Shown here: positions 26,656 through 33,952 of the stretch, piece by piece
Layout of the letters: the number at the start of each line of letters is the position of its first letter
Position numbering within the stretch: position 1 is the first letter of the stretch
DNA from: Bacteroidales bacterium
Lineage (GTDB): Bacteria; Bacteroidota; Bacteroidia; Bacteroidales; F082
Assembly: GCA_017395365.1 (NCBI GenBank)
Contig: JAFPUN010000012.1
Span: forward strand, 19,330 to 83,329
Direction: 5' to 3'
DNA length: 64,000 nucleotides
Position numbers and translations under genes: made by a program
Notes under the pieces: generated by a model
Databases searched by the model: none
Told to the model about the DNA's origin: nothing
Seen by the model: only the letters and a program-made list of their open reading frames with translations

Positions 26656-28107
26656 TTATTTCTTTGCTCTGATGGTAGTCGTTTCGCCAATCCATCCGCC
26701 TACGTTAAAGCTTTGTCCTTCGTTGTAGTCGTTGAAGAAGATGGTTTCCATCGACGGGAAGGCAGCGGTGTAGGCGCGAATCAGGCTATTGGCTTTGTCG
26801 GAGCAAGAGGGGTCGAGTGACTTAGCCTTTTGGCACTTGTCGACGGCAGCCCAGTAGACAGCTCCTCTCTCGATGTCACCGTTATACTGTTTGGCACTTC
26901 CGGCATAGAGCATTGCGATGAGGAGGTAAGGCTCGCCGTTGGTCGGGTCGACCTGGGCGGCTCTTCTGTAGATGTCGCGGGCGCGGCCCAAGCTACCCAT
27001 GTTCTCGTAGCACATACCCAAGTTACGATAGGCACGATACCTACGGTCGTTATTGTCGGTCTTGGTGGCTTGCTCAAAGAAGGTGGCGGCATCGCTCCAT
27101 TTTCTATCCTTGAAGAACTTGATACCCAAGCTGTAGGAAGCCTCGGGGCTGGGCTCCAACTCATTGAGGCGGACAGCAGCATCCAAGAAGAGTTTCGAGT
27201 CGGCGCAGTCCTTCTTATCAAGGATGGTGGTGATACGCTTGAGCAGGGTCACATCATCAGGCGTCTCCTTCATCTTGGCGCTGAACACCTTGATCAGGTC
27301 TTCACAAGAAGCGAAGGGCTGGAACAGGTTGTCGAGGTTGCTCTTCGTTCCCTTGTTGTTGTTGATCGACTTCTCGTTCTTCTCGAGTTGTTTGTCGAAA
27401 CTGGCAACGGCATCGGCATCACCACCAGCTTCAGCTTCTTCCTTGGCGGCAACCAGTTCGGCTTCGGTATCAGCCAGAGCCGAGATATTGTTGTCGACGA
27501 CCTCCGAAAGTTCCTGATAGACATTGATGACCGTCATCTTCTCAGCCTTGTCGTTGTTCACCATATCGATGGCAGCTCTGAAGTAGGCATCGATGTAGGC
27601 GGCCTGCATCTGCGAGGCATCCATGTCGACGGCATCCTTCAGCACGTTATAGGCCTCTTCGTAACGGTTCTTGTTGTAAGTGTAGATGAGGAAGCCTTTA
27701 CGACCCATGATGTTGGCCACTTGCGATGCGCCCGTCTTGGGGTCGGTCGGGAAGTACTTCGCACGGTTGTCCATCATCAAGCAGATGGTGTCGATGTAAG
27801 CATCCTTTTCCTTCGGGTTGGTGCGGATGAAGTAGTCCATGATCTTCTCACCTCTTGTGTAGATGAGCTGACTGGAGCGCGGGCAGTTGAGGAACACCTC
27901 GCGCCAAGCGTTTACCATTTCCATGCTAATGGACTCGGGAGCAAACTTGGCAGCTTCCCACTGCTTGTAGGCCTCACCGTAGATGGAGAGGTTGGTCACG
28001 CAGGCCACACTGTCGGCGCCATACTTCGACTCTGCAGCCTCTTGGGCGGTTACGCTCATTGCCATTCCAATCGCAACGGCAATCATCAAAAATTTCTTCG
28101 TTTTCAT
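26656..28107 (-). CDS. Tetratricopeptide-repeat protein (secreted)
   Basis: Signal peptide and TPR-like repeats (YRAYRNLGMCYENMGSLGRARDIYRRAAQVDP). Confidence 0.75.
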   Translation of the reverse strand: MKTKKFLMIAVAIGMAMSVTAQEAAESKYGADSVACVTNLSIYGEAYKQWEAAKFAPESISMEMVNAWREVFLNCPRSSQLIYTRGEKIMDYFIRTNPKEKDAYIDTICLMMDNRAKYFPTDPKTGASQVANIMGRKGFLIYTYNKNRYEEAYNVLKDAVDMDASQMQAAYIDAYFRAAIDMVNNDKAEKMTVINVYQELSEVVDNNISALADTEAELVAAKEEAEAGGDADAVASFDKQLEKNEKSINNNKGTKSNLDNLFQPFASCEDLIKVFSAKMKETPDDVTLLKRITTILDKKDCADSKLFLDAAVRLNELEPSPEASYSLGIKFFKDRKWSDAATFFEQATKTDNNDRRYRAYRNLGMCYENMGSLGRARDIYRRAAQVDPTNGEPYLLIAMLYAGSAKQYNGDIERGAVYWAAVDKCQKAKSLDPSCSDKANSLIRAYTAAFPSMETIFFNDYNEGQSFNVGGWIGETTTIRAKK

Positions 28108-28182
28108 CGCTTCGTATTTTAATTGTTTGACTTGTTATTTTCTTCTTTCAAATATCGTTCCAAAATGATTTGGACAGATTCC

Positions 28183-29484
28183 TTATTTGTATTTCCGTTT
28201 CATGAACCAATGCTCAAACACCGAAATACCCACATTCATCCTGACATAGCGTTCCTGAATCAGACCTCCTTTATGGGTGCCGTATTGGCCCAATTCCACG
28301 GCAAGGTTGACCTTGGAGAGTGTGCGAGGCAACGGCAATGACATTCCTGCCGTGACACCTACCTTATTAATATTATATGCATTGCCATCATTGCCAGAAA
28401 GGCGCACAAAGCCCTTCTCATAGAAGCCGCCAAAGCGGTAGGTGACACGCGAGAAATAGCCACTGATGGAAGTATGGCGCGGCGTGAATTCAGCGCCTGC
28501 CGACACATTCCACGAATCGGTGAGGCCTTCGGTATGCCCCTGACGGGCAAACTTCGACCATTGTGTCCAGTTGAAGTCAGCGCCAACAGCCCAACGGTCG
28601 TTTTTCTGCAAAGCAATGCCAAAACCAATACCTTGAGGCATGGTCAGCTTGGTGGTAGAGGTACCATAGGCTACAGTATCGATGACATATTCCACCTCGG
28701 TGTCCATGTCTTCTTCGATGGAACGGATAAACAAGGTTTGGCTGCCCTTCAAGTTCAGGCTTTGTTGATAGGTGAGGCCGACACTGAGGCTCATGTCGTT
28801 ACCGAGGCCGGTATCGAAGAGCAAGCCATAGTCAACCATGAATGACTTCACCATCACATCGACACTACGGCGCGAACCGATGTAGTAAGACGAGTCGGGG
28901 AAATATAGTGTGGTCTCCGCTTGGCTGTCTCCAAAGACATAATAGCCATTGGCTCCCAAAGAGAAATGGTCGCCGATCTTGAAAGCAGTGCCAATGAAAG
29001 CCTGGTTGAGGCCACCCTTACCTCTGAAACGCGTGGTAGTTTTGCCGATGTCAGGCAAGGTTTTGTTGACAAGCATGGTATAACCTGAAGTGCTATAAGG
29101 TTGCACGCCGAGCGAAAGCTTCCACCAAGGCGTAAGGCCAAAGGCCATAGCGACATAGTCGAACGAGGCGTTGCTCGATTGCTCCGAAAGGCTGGAGGTG
29201 CTGAAGGTCGATGATTTGAAATAGAAGCCAGCGTCAAAGAGGAAAGCCAAAGAGTCAATCTTGGCATACGAGGCCGGATTCTCAACATTAATCATTCCCT
29301 TGCCAAACATGGCATTAGCCACGCTTCCCATGCCTTGCAACCTGCCGTTCATCGACTTTTCTCTCACCTGCCCGATACCGAACAAGGAATAGGGCGAATC
29401 CACATCGGCCTGGGCAAAAGCGTTAAAGCCAAAGCAAGCCAGCATCGAAACGACCAAAATGCTTTTCAACAATGATGTTTTCAT
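28183..29484 (-). CDS. Outer-membrane beta-barrel protein (porin/FadL-like, unassigned)
   Basis: Signal peptide MKTSLLKSILVVSMLACFGFNAFAQ, DSPYSLFGIGQ motif, alternating beta-strand pattern and a C-terminal aromatic residue. ATG at 29484. Confidence 0.6.
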   Translation of the reverse strand: MKTSLLKSILVVSMLACFGFNAFAQADVDSPYSLFGIGQVREKSMNGRLQGMGSVANAMFGKGMINVENPASYAKIDSLAFLFDAGFYFKSSTFSTSSLSEQSSNASFDYVAMAFGLTPWWKLSLGVQPYSTSGYTMLVNKTLPDIGKTTTRFRGKGGLNQAFIGTAFKIGDHFSLGANGYYVFGDSQAETTLYFPDSSYYIGSRRSVDVMVKSFMVDYGLLFDTGLGNDMSLSVGLTYQQSLNLKGSQTLFIRSIEEDMDTEVEYVIDTVAYGTSTTKLTMPQGIGFGIALQKNDRWAVGADFNWTQWSKFARQGHTEGLTDSWNVSAGAEFTPRHTSISGYFSRVTYRFGGFYEKGFVRLSGNDGNAYNINKVGVTAGMSLPLPRTLSKVNLAVELGQYGTHKGGLIQERYVRMNVGISVFEHWFMKRKYK

Positions 29485-29675
29485 ATTCAATACAATTGCG
29501 TTGCACACCCAATTGAGCGTGCAAATATCCGATTTTTTAACTCGTTGAGCAAATATTTATTGCCTATTTTATCAGCTCATTTTGTTATCTTTTTGATATT
29601 CAATACAAAAGAATTTAAAAAACAAAAAAATTGTTCTTTTTGGAGATTTTTTCTTGTCAAGAAAGAAAAAAGTCG

Positions 29676-29683
29676 TATTTTTG
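29676..29683 (+). promoter_or_regulatory. -7 box TAttTTTG for tRNA-Phe
   Basis: 16 nt upstream of the tRNA 5' end. Confidence 0.55.
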
Positions 29684-29698
29684 CAGCCGCAATACGGA

Positions 29699-29774
<76 letters not shown>

Positions 29775-29779
29775 CAAAG

Positions 29780-29806
29780 AAGAGACGCATGGCGTCTCTT
29801 TTTTTG
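29780..29806 (+). terminator. Rho-independent terminator of tRNA-Phe
   Basis: agagacgc-atg-gcgtctct stem followed by ttttttt. Confidence 0.8.
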
Positions 29807-29831
29807 TTGTCATTCTGTGTGTATAGGGCAT

Positions 29832-29862
29832 AAAAAAAGCACCCCCGAGGAGGTGCTTTTTT
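29832..29862. terminator. Bidirectional terminator candidate (downstream of the fimbrillin-like gene)
   Basis: aaaaaaagcacc...ggtgctttttt hairpin flanked by A and T runs, 20 nt below the stop at 29882. Confidence 0.6.
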
Positions 29863-29881
29863 ATTAAAGTTACTCTTACAA

Positions 29882-30853
29882 TTAGTTCAGGCTAAGGGCA
29901 AGGTTCTTGATAACACCAGCCTTGATGCCATAATGCCAATCAGCAGCATTTTCGAACACTTGAGGTTCGTTAGCACCTTCGGTGTACACATAAATCTTGT
30001 AGCCATACTTCAGAGCGCCCGGACGGAGACCGATGAAGAACAAGGTCTCGGTGCTGCTCAGCTGAACGCTGGGGCAGTTGAGGGTCATGGTCTTTCCACC
30101 ACCTTGGGTCGAGTAACCAAGCTTATTCTTGAGAGAATTCCAATCGCTCACGAAAGAATCATTGTTGTAAGGATCATCAGCACTAACAAAAGCGTTTTGC
30201 AGGGTGGTAAATTTGTCCATATCGACTTCATGGAGCTTCATGGTTGCAGAGCCACTCAGATTGAATCTCTTGTCTTCCACTACGATTTGAGTAACTTTGC
30301 CAGTACCCGTCAGTCTCAACTTCAAAGTACCGAAGATGTGCTTCAGCGTGAAAGACTTAAAGTTTGCGCTCTCGCAAGCCATAGCCATACCAGCTTTGTC
30401 AATCGTAGGTTTGCCTTTAACAAGGGTATACTCTTGTTGATCGGGCACATTGAAAGTCTCGAAGTTGCTCGCATCCAAAGGATCTTCACCGCTAGCCACC
30501 TTGTCGCAAGGATAGAAAACAAAGTAATGGTCTTTTTTGCTGCCGAGGTCAGGACCCGTAAAAGAGGCACTGGCTTTACCTTCGGCGCTGGCATTGGTGC
30601 TCCAAATGCCCTTGACAGTCTGAGTACCGTCGGCATTATCAATGTTGTAAGCCATGACTTGGTCATTAGCATTCCACTTGAAGGAATTATTGTTGGCAAT
30701 GTCAAGATAGGCTCTGCCTTCCATCTCCTCCTCAAACTGAGGCAATCCGAGGTTCAAGGTAGATGCAGTGTCGTTTTTCTTGCAGGAACCAAGCAGCAAA
30801 GTAAAAGAACCGGCAACAAACAATGCCACAAATATTCTGTTCATTTTATTCAT
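29882..30853 (-). CDS. Lipoprotein, fimbrillin (FimA/Mfa-superfamily)-like
   Basis: Lipobox LLLGSC. Size of about 320 aa and the FTLKHIFGTLKLRLTG-type strand pattern recall Bacteroidales type V pilin-like proteins. The product call is tentative. Confidence 0.5.
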   Translation of the reverse strand: MNKMNRIFVALFVAGSFTLLLGSCKKNDTASTLNLGLPQFEEEMEGRAYLDIANNNSFKWNANDQVMAYNIDNADGTQTVKGIWSTNASAEGKASASFTGPDLGSKKDHYFVFYPCDKVASGEDPLDASNFETFNVPDQQEYTLVKGKPTIDKAGMAMACESANFKSFTLKHIFGTLKLRLTGTGKVTQIVVEDKRFNLSGSATMKLHEVDMDKFTTLQNAFVSADDPYNNDSFVSDWNSLKNKLGYSTQGGGKTMTLNCPSVQLSSTETLFFIGLRPGALKYGYKIYVYTEGANEPQVFENAADWHYGIKAGVIKNLALSLN

Positions 30854-30911
30854 CTCGTAATCTGTTTGATGATTTTACTTAACTACACTTTATTTATTGT
30901 ACCAGAATAAC

Positions 30912-31025
30912 TTATTCTTCAGGTTGGGGTTCAATAGTAATTTCAGTAGACATCACAACGACCACGTTGTTCAGCATTTCAATTGTTTCAGCCTTAGGGG
31001 CTTCATAGTTGTTCATCTTTTTCAT
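30912..31025 (-). CDS. Unannotated 37-aa ORF MKKMNNYEAPKAETIEMLNNVVVVMSTEITIEPQPEE (candidate precursor peptide)
   Basis: Hand translation of the minus strand gives an ATG start and a TAA stop. A -7 box lies 75 nt upstream. It sits between the nucleotidyltransferase gene and the lipoprotein gene and is below the 60-aa cutoff of the ORF track. Confidence 0.4.
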   Translation of the reverse strand: MKKMNNYEAPKAETIEMLNNVVVVMSTEITIEPQPEE

Positions 31026-31099
31026 TTTTGTTAGTTTTTAAGGTTTTACTTATGTTTGTTAATTAAATATTTAGCCAAAAAGTGCTTATAAATCGGCTG

Positions 31100-31107
31100 C
31101 AAAAGTA
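31100..31107 (-). promoter_or_regulatory. -7 box (TAcTTTTG) upstream of the 37-aa ORF
   Basis: Plus strand caaaagta, 32 nt below the nucleotidyltransferase stop codon. Confidence 0.45.
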
Positions 31108-31138
31108 GTAAATTAATTCATACGCAGTGGAAAAAAAG

Positions 31139-32251
31139 TCATTTTTTAAAAAGATTTTTTCTAAACCCATGTTTCAAGGAGTTACGCAACTCCTTAAAAG
31201 CGTATCGTGGGAACACGCTTGCCAAATGAAAGAAATCGATAAAGACAAGTATGAAAGCGTGTAGTTTGTGAAGTAATTTGTTTTTCGGTTTTTGGCTCTT
31301 GAAACGGTTGGGGCGTCTGAAATTACCTTCTGCCATCACTCGATGGTACACCTTCTGTGCCGTGCGTCGGCACGATGCATTAAAGAAAGGCATCTCGTTC
31401 TCAGGAAGCCCCAAACAGTTCACGATGAGATAACCAAAAGCCTGCCATGGCTGCATCAAACACATAGTTTCCAACCATTGGCGCAGTTTGTCGAGATCAA
31501 TCTGCCCGTGATAGACATGTAGAGCCATGGCCACGTCACTCACCTGACGCCAGCCCACGCCGGTAGTGGTGAAGTGATGCCATGCATGGAAGAAGGTGAA
31601 AAACACCATAAACTCTTTTGACGGTATGGTTATGGGAAAACCATCGAGATCAATCTGCTGGACATGCTCTACCAAACCATCATATTCGATGGCGGCATAC
31701 AAGGCATTCTCCTTCGGGTCGGTCATTTCGGCACTGACACGGTGTATCTCAAACACCACATTGCCGAACTCCACATTATAGTGGCGTCCTGCATCCACTT
31801 CCATGCACCATGTGTATGCGCCAGGAAGCGAACGTACTAAAGCGCAGGCCTCATGGAAACAGGACAGACCCACAAACAGGTCGTTGTCGCCAAACTGCCG
31901 CAAGGCGGGGTTAGGATAGAGTTGCGCAAGGCCAAAGCCCTTGAGCAACATCGGCTCAATGCCATTCTCGCGCAGAGTGGTCACCACCTTGGTCAGTATT
32001 TGCTTCGATTCGATTTGGCTGAAAAGGTTCGACCGCAGGGCTCCCTTTAACTTGGCTTGCCTATCATCGGAAGGACGATCGCCTTCGGGCAAACGCAAAG
32101 CCACATCGGCAACGAGCGTGGTAGTGGCATGGAACCGGGCAATACCCATAATCTCATGCCAATCGACGTCTCCATTAAGATTCACCGGCGTGCCCCATAA
32201 AGCCGCCTGCATTAATGAAAAGTAATGCGCTTCCGAGGTTGTCATGTTCAT
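31139..32251 (-). CDS. Nucleotidyltransferase family protein (PF14907/NTP_transf_5-like)
   Basis: ENGIEPMLLKGFGLAQLYPNPALRQFGDNDLFV is the hallmark LLKG...YP...R...D.D block of the uncharacterised nucleotidyltransferase family. ATGA overlap with the PqqD-like gene. Confidence 0.7.
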   Translation of the reverse strand: MNMTTSEAHYFSLMQAALWGTPVNLNGDVDWHEIMGIARFHATTTLVADVALRLPEGDRPSDDRQAKLKGALRSNLFSQIESKQILTKVVTTLRENGIEPMLLKGFGLAQLYPNPALRQFGDNDLFVGLSCFHEACALVRSLPGAYTWCMEVDAGRHYNVEFGNVVFEIHRVSAEMTDPKENALYAAIEYDGLVEHVQQIDLDGFPITIPSKEFMVFFTFFHAWHHFTTTGVGWRQVSDVAMALHVYHGQIDLDKLRQWLETMCLMQPWQAFGYLIVNCLGLPENEMPFFNASCRRTAQKVYHRVMAEGNFRRPNRFKSQKPKNKLLHKLHAFILVFIDFFHLASVFPRYAFKELRNSLKHGFRKNLFKK

Positions 32252-32517
32252 TCTTCCAAAATCCCTGCTTCGCGCCAGTTCAGAATCAAAGCGTCGATGT
32301 CGTGTTCGGCCACCTCGCGAGTGATGTCATAATTGTCCAGCAAAATATCGACTAATGCAGCTGCATCAAATTCCTTGTCCTGTACGGCTTCCCAAAGAAG
32401 TGCAGCCGACGCATTGAGCGAGATCATGCGATTGAAATCGGTCAGATTGGAGCCCTCGTCGACAAGAATAAACTCATTGCCCAAGGTGCGCATTATCAAG
32501 CCTTTTTTCGTTCTCAT
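32248..32517 (-). CDS. PqqD-family protein (RiPP recognition element-type peptide chaperone)
   Basis: LGNEFILVDEGS...MISLNASAALLWEAVQD...AAALVDILLDNYDITREVAEHDIDALILNWREAGILE fits the PqqD pattern. ATG at 32517; an upstream TTG at 32547 would overlap the peptidase gene. Confidence 0.7.
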   Translation of the reverse strand: MRTKKGLIMRTLGNEFILVDEGSNLTDFNRMISLNASAALLWEAVQDKEFDAAALVDILLDNYDITREVAEHDIDALILNWREAGILEE

Positions 32518-32533
32518 ATTAATTAATGTGTAT

Positions 32534-32959
32534 TTATTGTTTTCCAAATAGTTGATTCCATTTTCGCATGCCTTTCAAAAGATAGCGCCTGACTGGCAGC
32601 AAGAGTCTCCACAAGCGCCCACGAGTGGGTTTGCGATGTCGGCCATTCGCTTTGACTATCTCTGTTACTATTGCCAACACTGCCGATTTGCCGACCTTCT
32701 CCGTCCCATTCACGATGCCATCGCCCATCATCACCACCGTATCGCCTTCGATTCGGATAACACGATGCAACACATACCTTCCTTGATAGGGCGCCAAGGC
32801 AATGTCGCCTACACGAAGTGACTCGGGCTTACGGAGCACCACGCTGTCGACTTCGCCACGAATGAAAGGCAACATGCTACTGCCTACAGGGGTCAGTTGG
32901 ACTTGTTTGCCCTCTGCAAGCAATTGCTCCATCCTCGCACTATTATCTGTTTTTTCCAT
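32534..32959 (-). CDS. S24/S26-family peptidase, Ser/His (SipW/Sec11-like) arrangement, without TM segment
   Basis: VGSSMLPFIRGE (Ser box) and YVLHRVIRIEGD (His where bacterial SPase I has the catalytic Lys). 141 aa with no hydrophobic stretch long enough for a membrane anchor. Confidence 0.65.
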   Translation of the reverse strand: MEKTDNSARMEQLLAEGKQVQLTPVGSSMLPFIRGEVDSVVLRKPESLRVGDIALAPYQGRYVLHRVIRIEGDTVVMMGDGIVNGTEKVGKSAVLAIVTEIVKANGRHRKPTRGRLWRLLLPVRRYLLKGMRKWNQLFGKQ

Positions 32960-33828
32960 CAGTGGGCAACAGTATTATGACACAAGAAGGCAGCATCAGC
33001 ATCAGGCAGACAATCAAGCACATAGAAAGGCACTGAAGTGACGACCTTTTCGGAAGTGGCATGGTAGCCATCCGCCAGTTGGCGCAGGGCATGATATCCA
33101 GAATAGGAAGCAAACAGAATAGCATAAGCCTCCGGAAACGACAACCTTTGTATCCTGTTCTCCTTGGCTTGTCGGATACGGACAATGGCGCCCACAGGGA
33201 CGGTGATATTGCGATAACAAGGCGTCTTACCGCTCCATGGCGTTCCGCTGACGCGAATAATGCCTTCTGTATCAATGTAAAGCACTGGGTTGTCATCGTT
33301 GAGCAACTCACAGCCAGGAATATTGTCTATCCATAGCTGGCTATGGGTACTCTTACCTGTACCGCTACGACCCAAAAACAGATAGCCTTTGCCGTCACAC
33401 ATAGTCACAGAGGCATGCATCATCAAAGCGCCACGGCCGGCAGTAGCAAGAGAAAACAGCAGCAACAGCATAGTGTGCATCAAAAAAACGGCATCGCTCT
33501 CGAGATATATCCGTCCTTGCTTGAAGGCCTTGTCGGTGAAGAGATACACCAAAGGCAGGTCTTCGCCATGTTTAAGCATGACAAAAAGCCATTCGCCGTT
33601 AAGCTCCGATAACTCAAAATACAAGCCATCCGACTCGCCCTCATCGGTCCTCACGAACTGTTTGCCACGAATGCTCGGAAGTTTCTGAAGCATACTGACA
33701 GTGAAGAGGCACTCCCCATCATCTTCCACAAGAAAGGGCTCATAAGACTGCATACTCTTCCAATAGGAGTTACCATCGGGCATTTCCAAGCTAAACTTCT
33801 GGCCCGCGACTTGATAGGTTCTCTTCAT
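32959..33828 (-). CDS. HPr-kinase C-terminal-domain-like P-loop serine kinase
   Basis: MHASVTMCDGKGYLFLGRSGTGKSTHSQLW...LLNDDNPVL resembles HprK-related kinases. ATG at 33828. The 438-aa track ORF is an upstream extension antisense to lnt. Confidence 0.65.
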   Translation of the reverse strand: MKRTYQVAGQKFSLEMPDGNSYWKSMQSYEPFLVEDDGECLFTVSMLQKLPSIRGKQFVRTDEGESDGLYFELSELNGEWLFVMLKHGEDLPLVYLFTDKAFKQGRIYLESDAVFLMHTMLLLLFSLATAGRGALMMHASVTMCDGKGYLFLGRSGTGKSTHSQLWIDNIPGCELLNDDNPVLYIDTEGIIRVSGTPWSGKTPCYRNITVPVGAIVRIRQAKENRIQRLSFPEAYAILFASYSGYHALRQLADGYHATSEKVVTSVPFYVLDCLPDADAAFLCHNTVAH

Positions 33829-33844
33829 CAGACATAATTTTCTG

Positions 33845-33852
33845 CAAAGATA
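33845..33852 (-). promoter_or_regulatory. -7 box (TAtcTTTG) for the kinase-peptidase-PqqD-NTase operon
   Basis: Plus strand caaagata, 17 nt upstream of the ATG at 33828. Confidence 0.5.
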
Positions 33853-33924
33853 CGTTTTTTCGTGATACGAATGGACGATTCGTTGAAAAACGGGTGTATC
33901 CATACTGTTGCCAACAAAAAATCG

Positions 33925-33932
33925 TACCTTTG
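33925..33932 (+). promoter_or_regulatory. -7 box TAccTTTG for lnt
   Basis: 21 nt upstream of the ATG at 33953. Confidence 0.5.
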
Positions 33933-33952
33933 CCCGAAATTTTAGAAAACGA

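Noticed and set aside
26830-28122. 430-aa plus-strand ORF
   Set aside because: It is entirely antisense to the well-supported TPR gene (26656-28107). Its composition is G/V/H/L-rich and domain-free, typical of a shadow ORF.
29882-33852. Calling the locus a canonical lasso-peptide gene cluster
   Set aside because: No Asn-synthetase-like cyclase and no transglutaminase-like B2 protease is present in the window. The candidate peptide also lacks an obvious Gly/Ala/Ser/Cys1...Asp/Glu7-9 macrolactam pattern after a Thr(-2) leader end. Only the tailoring-type genes are shared.
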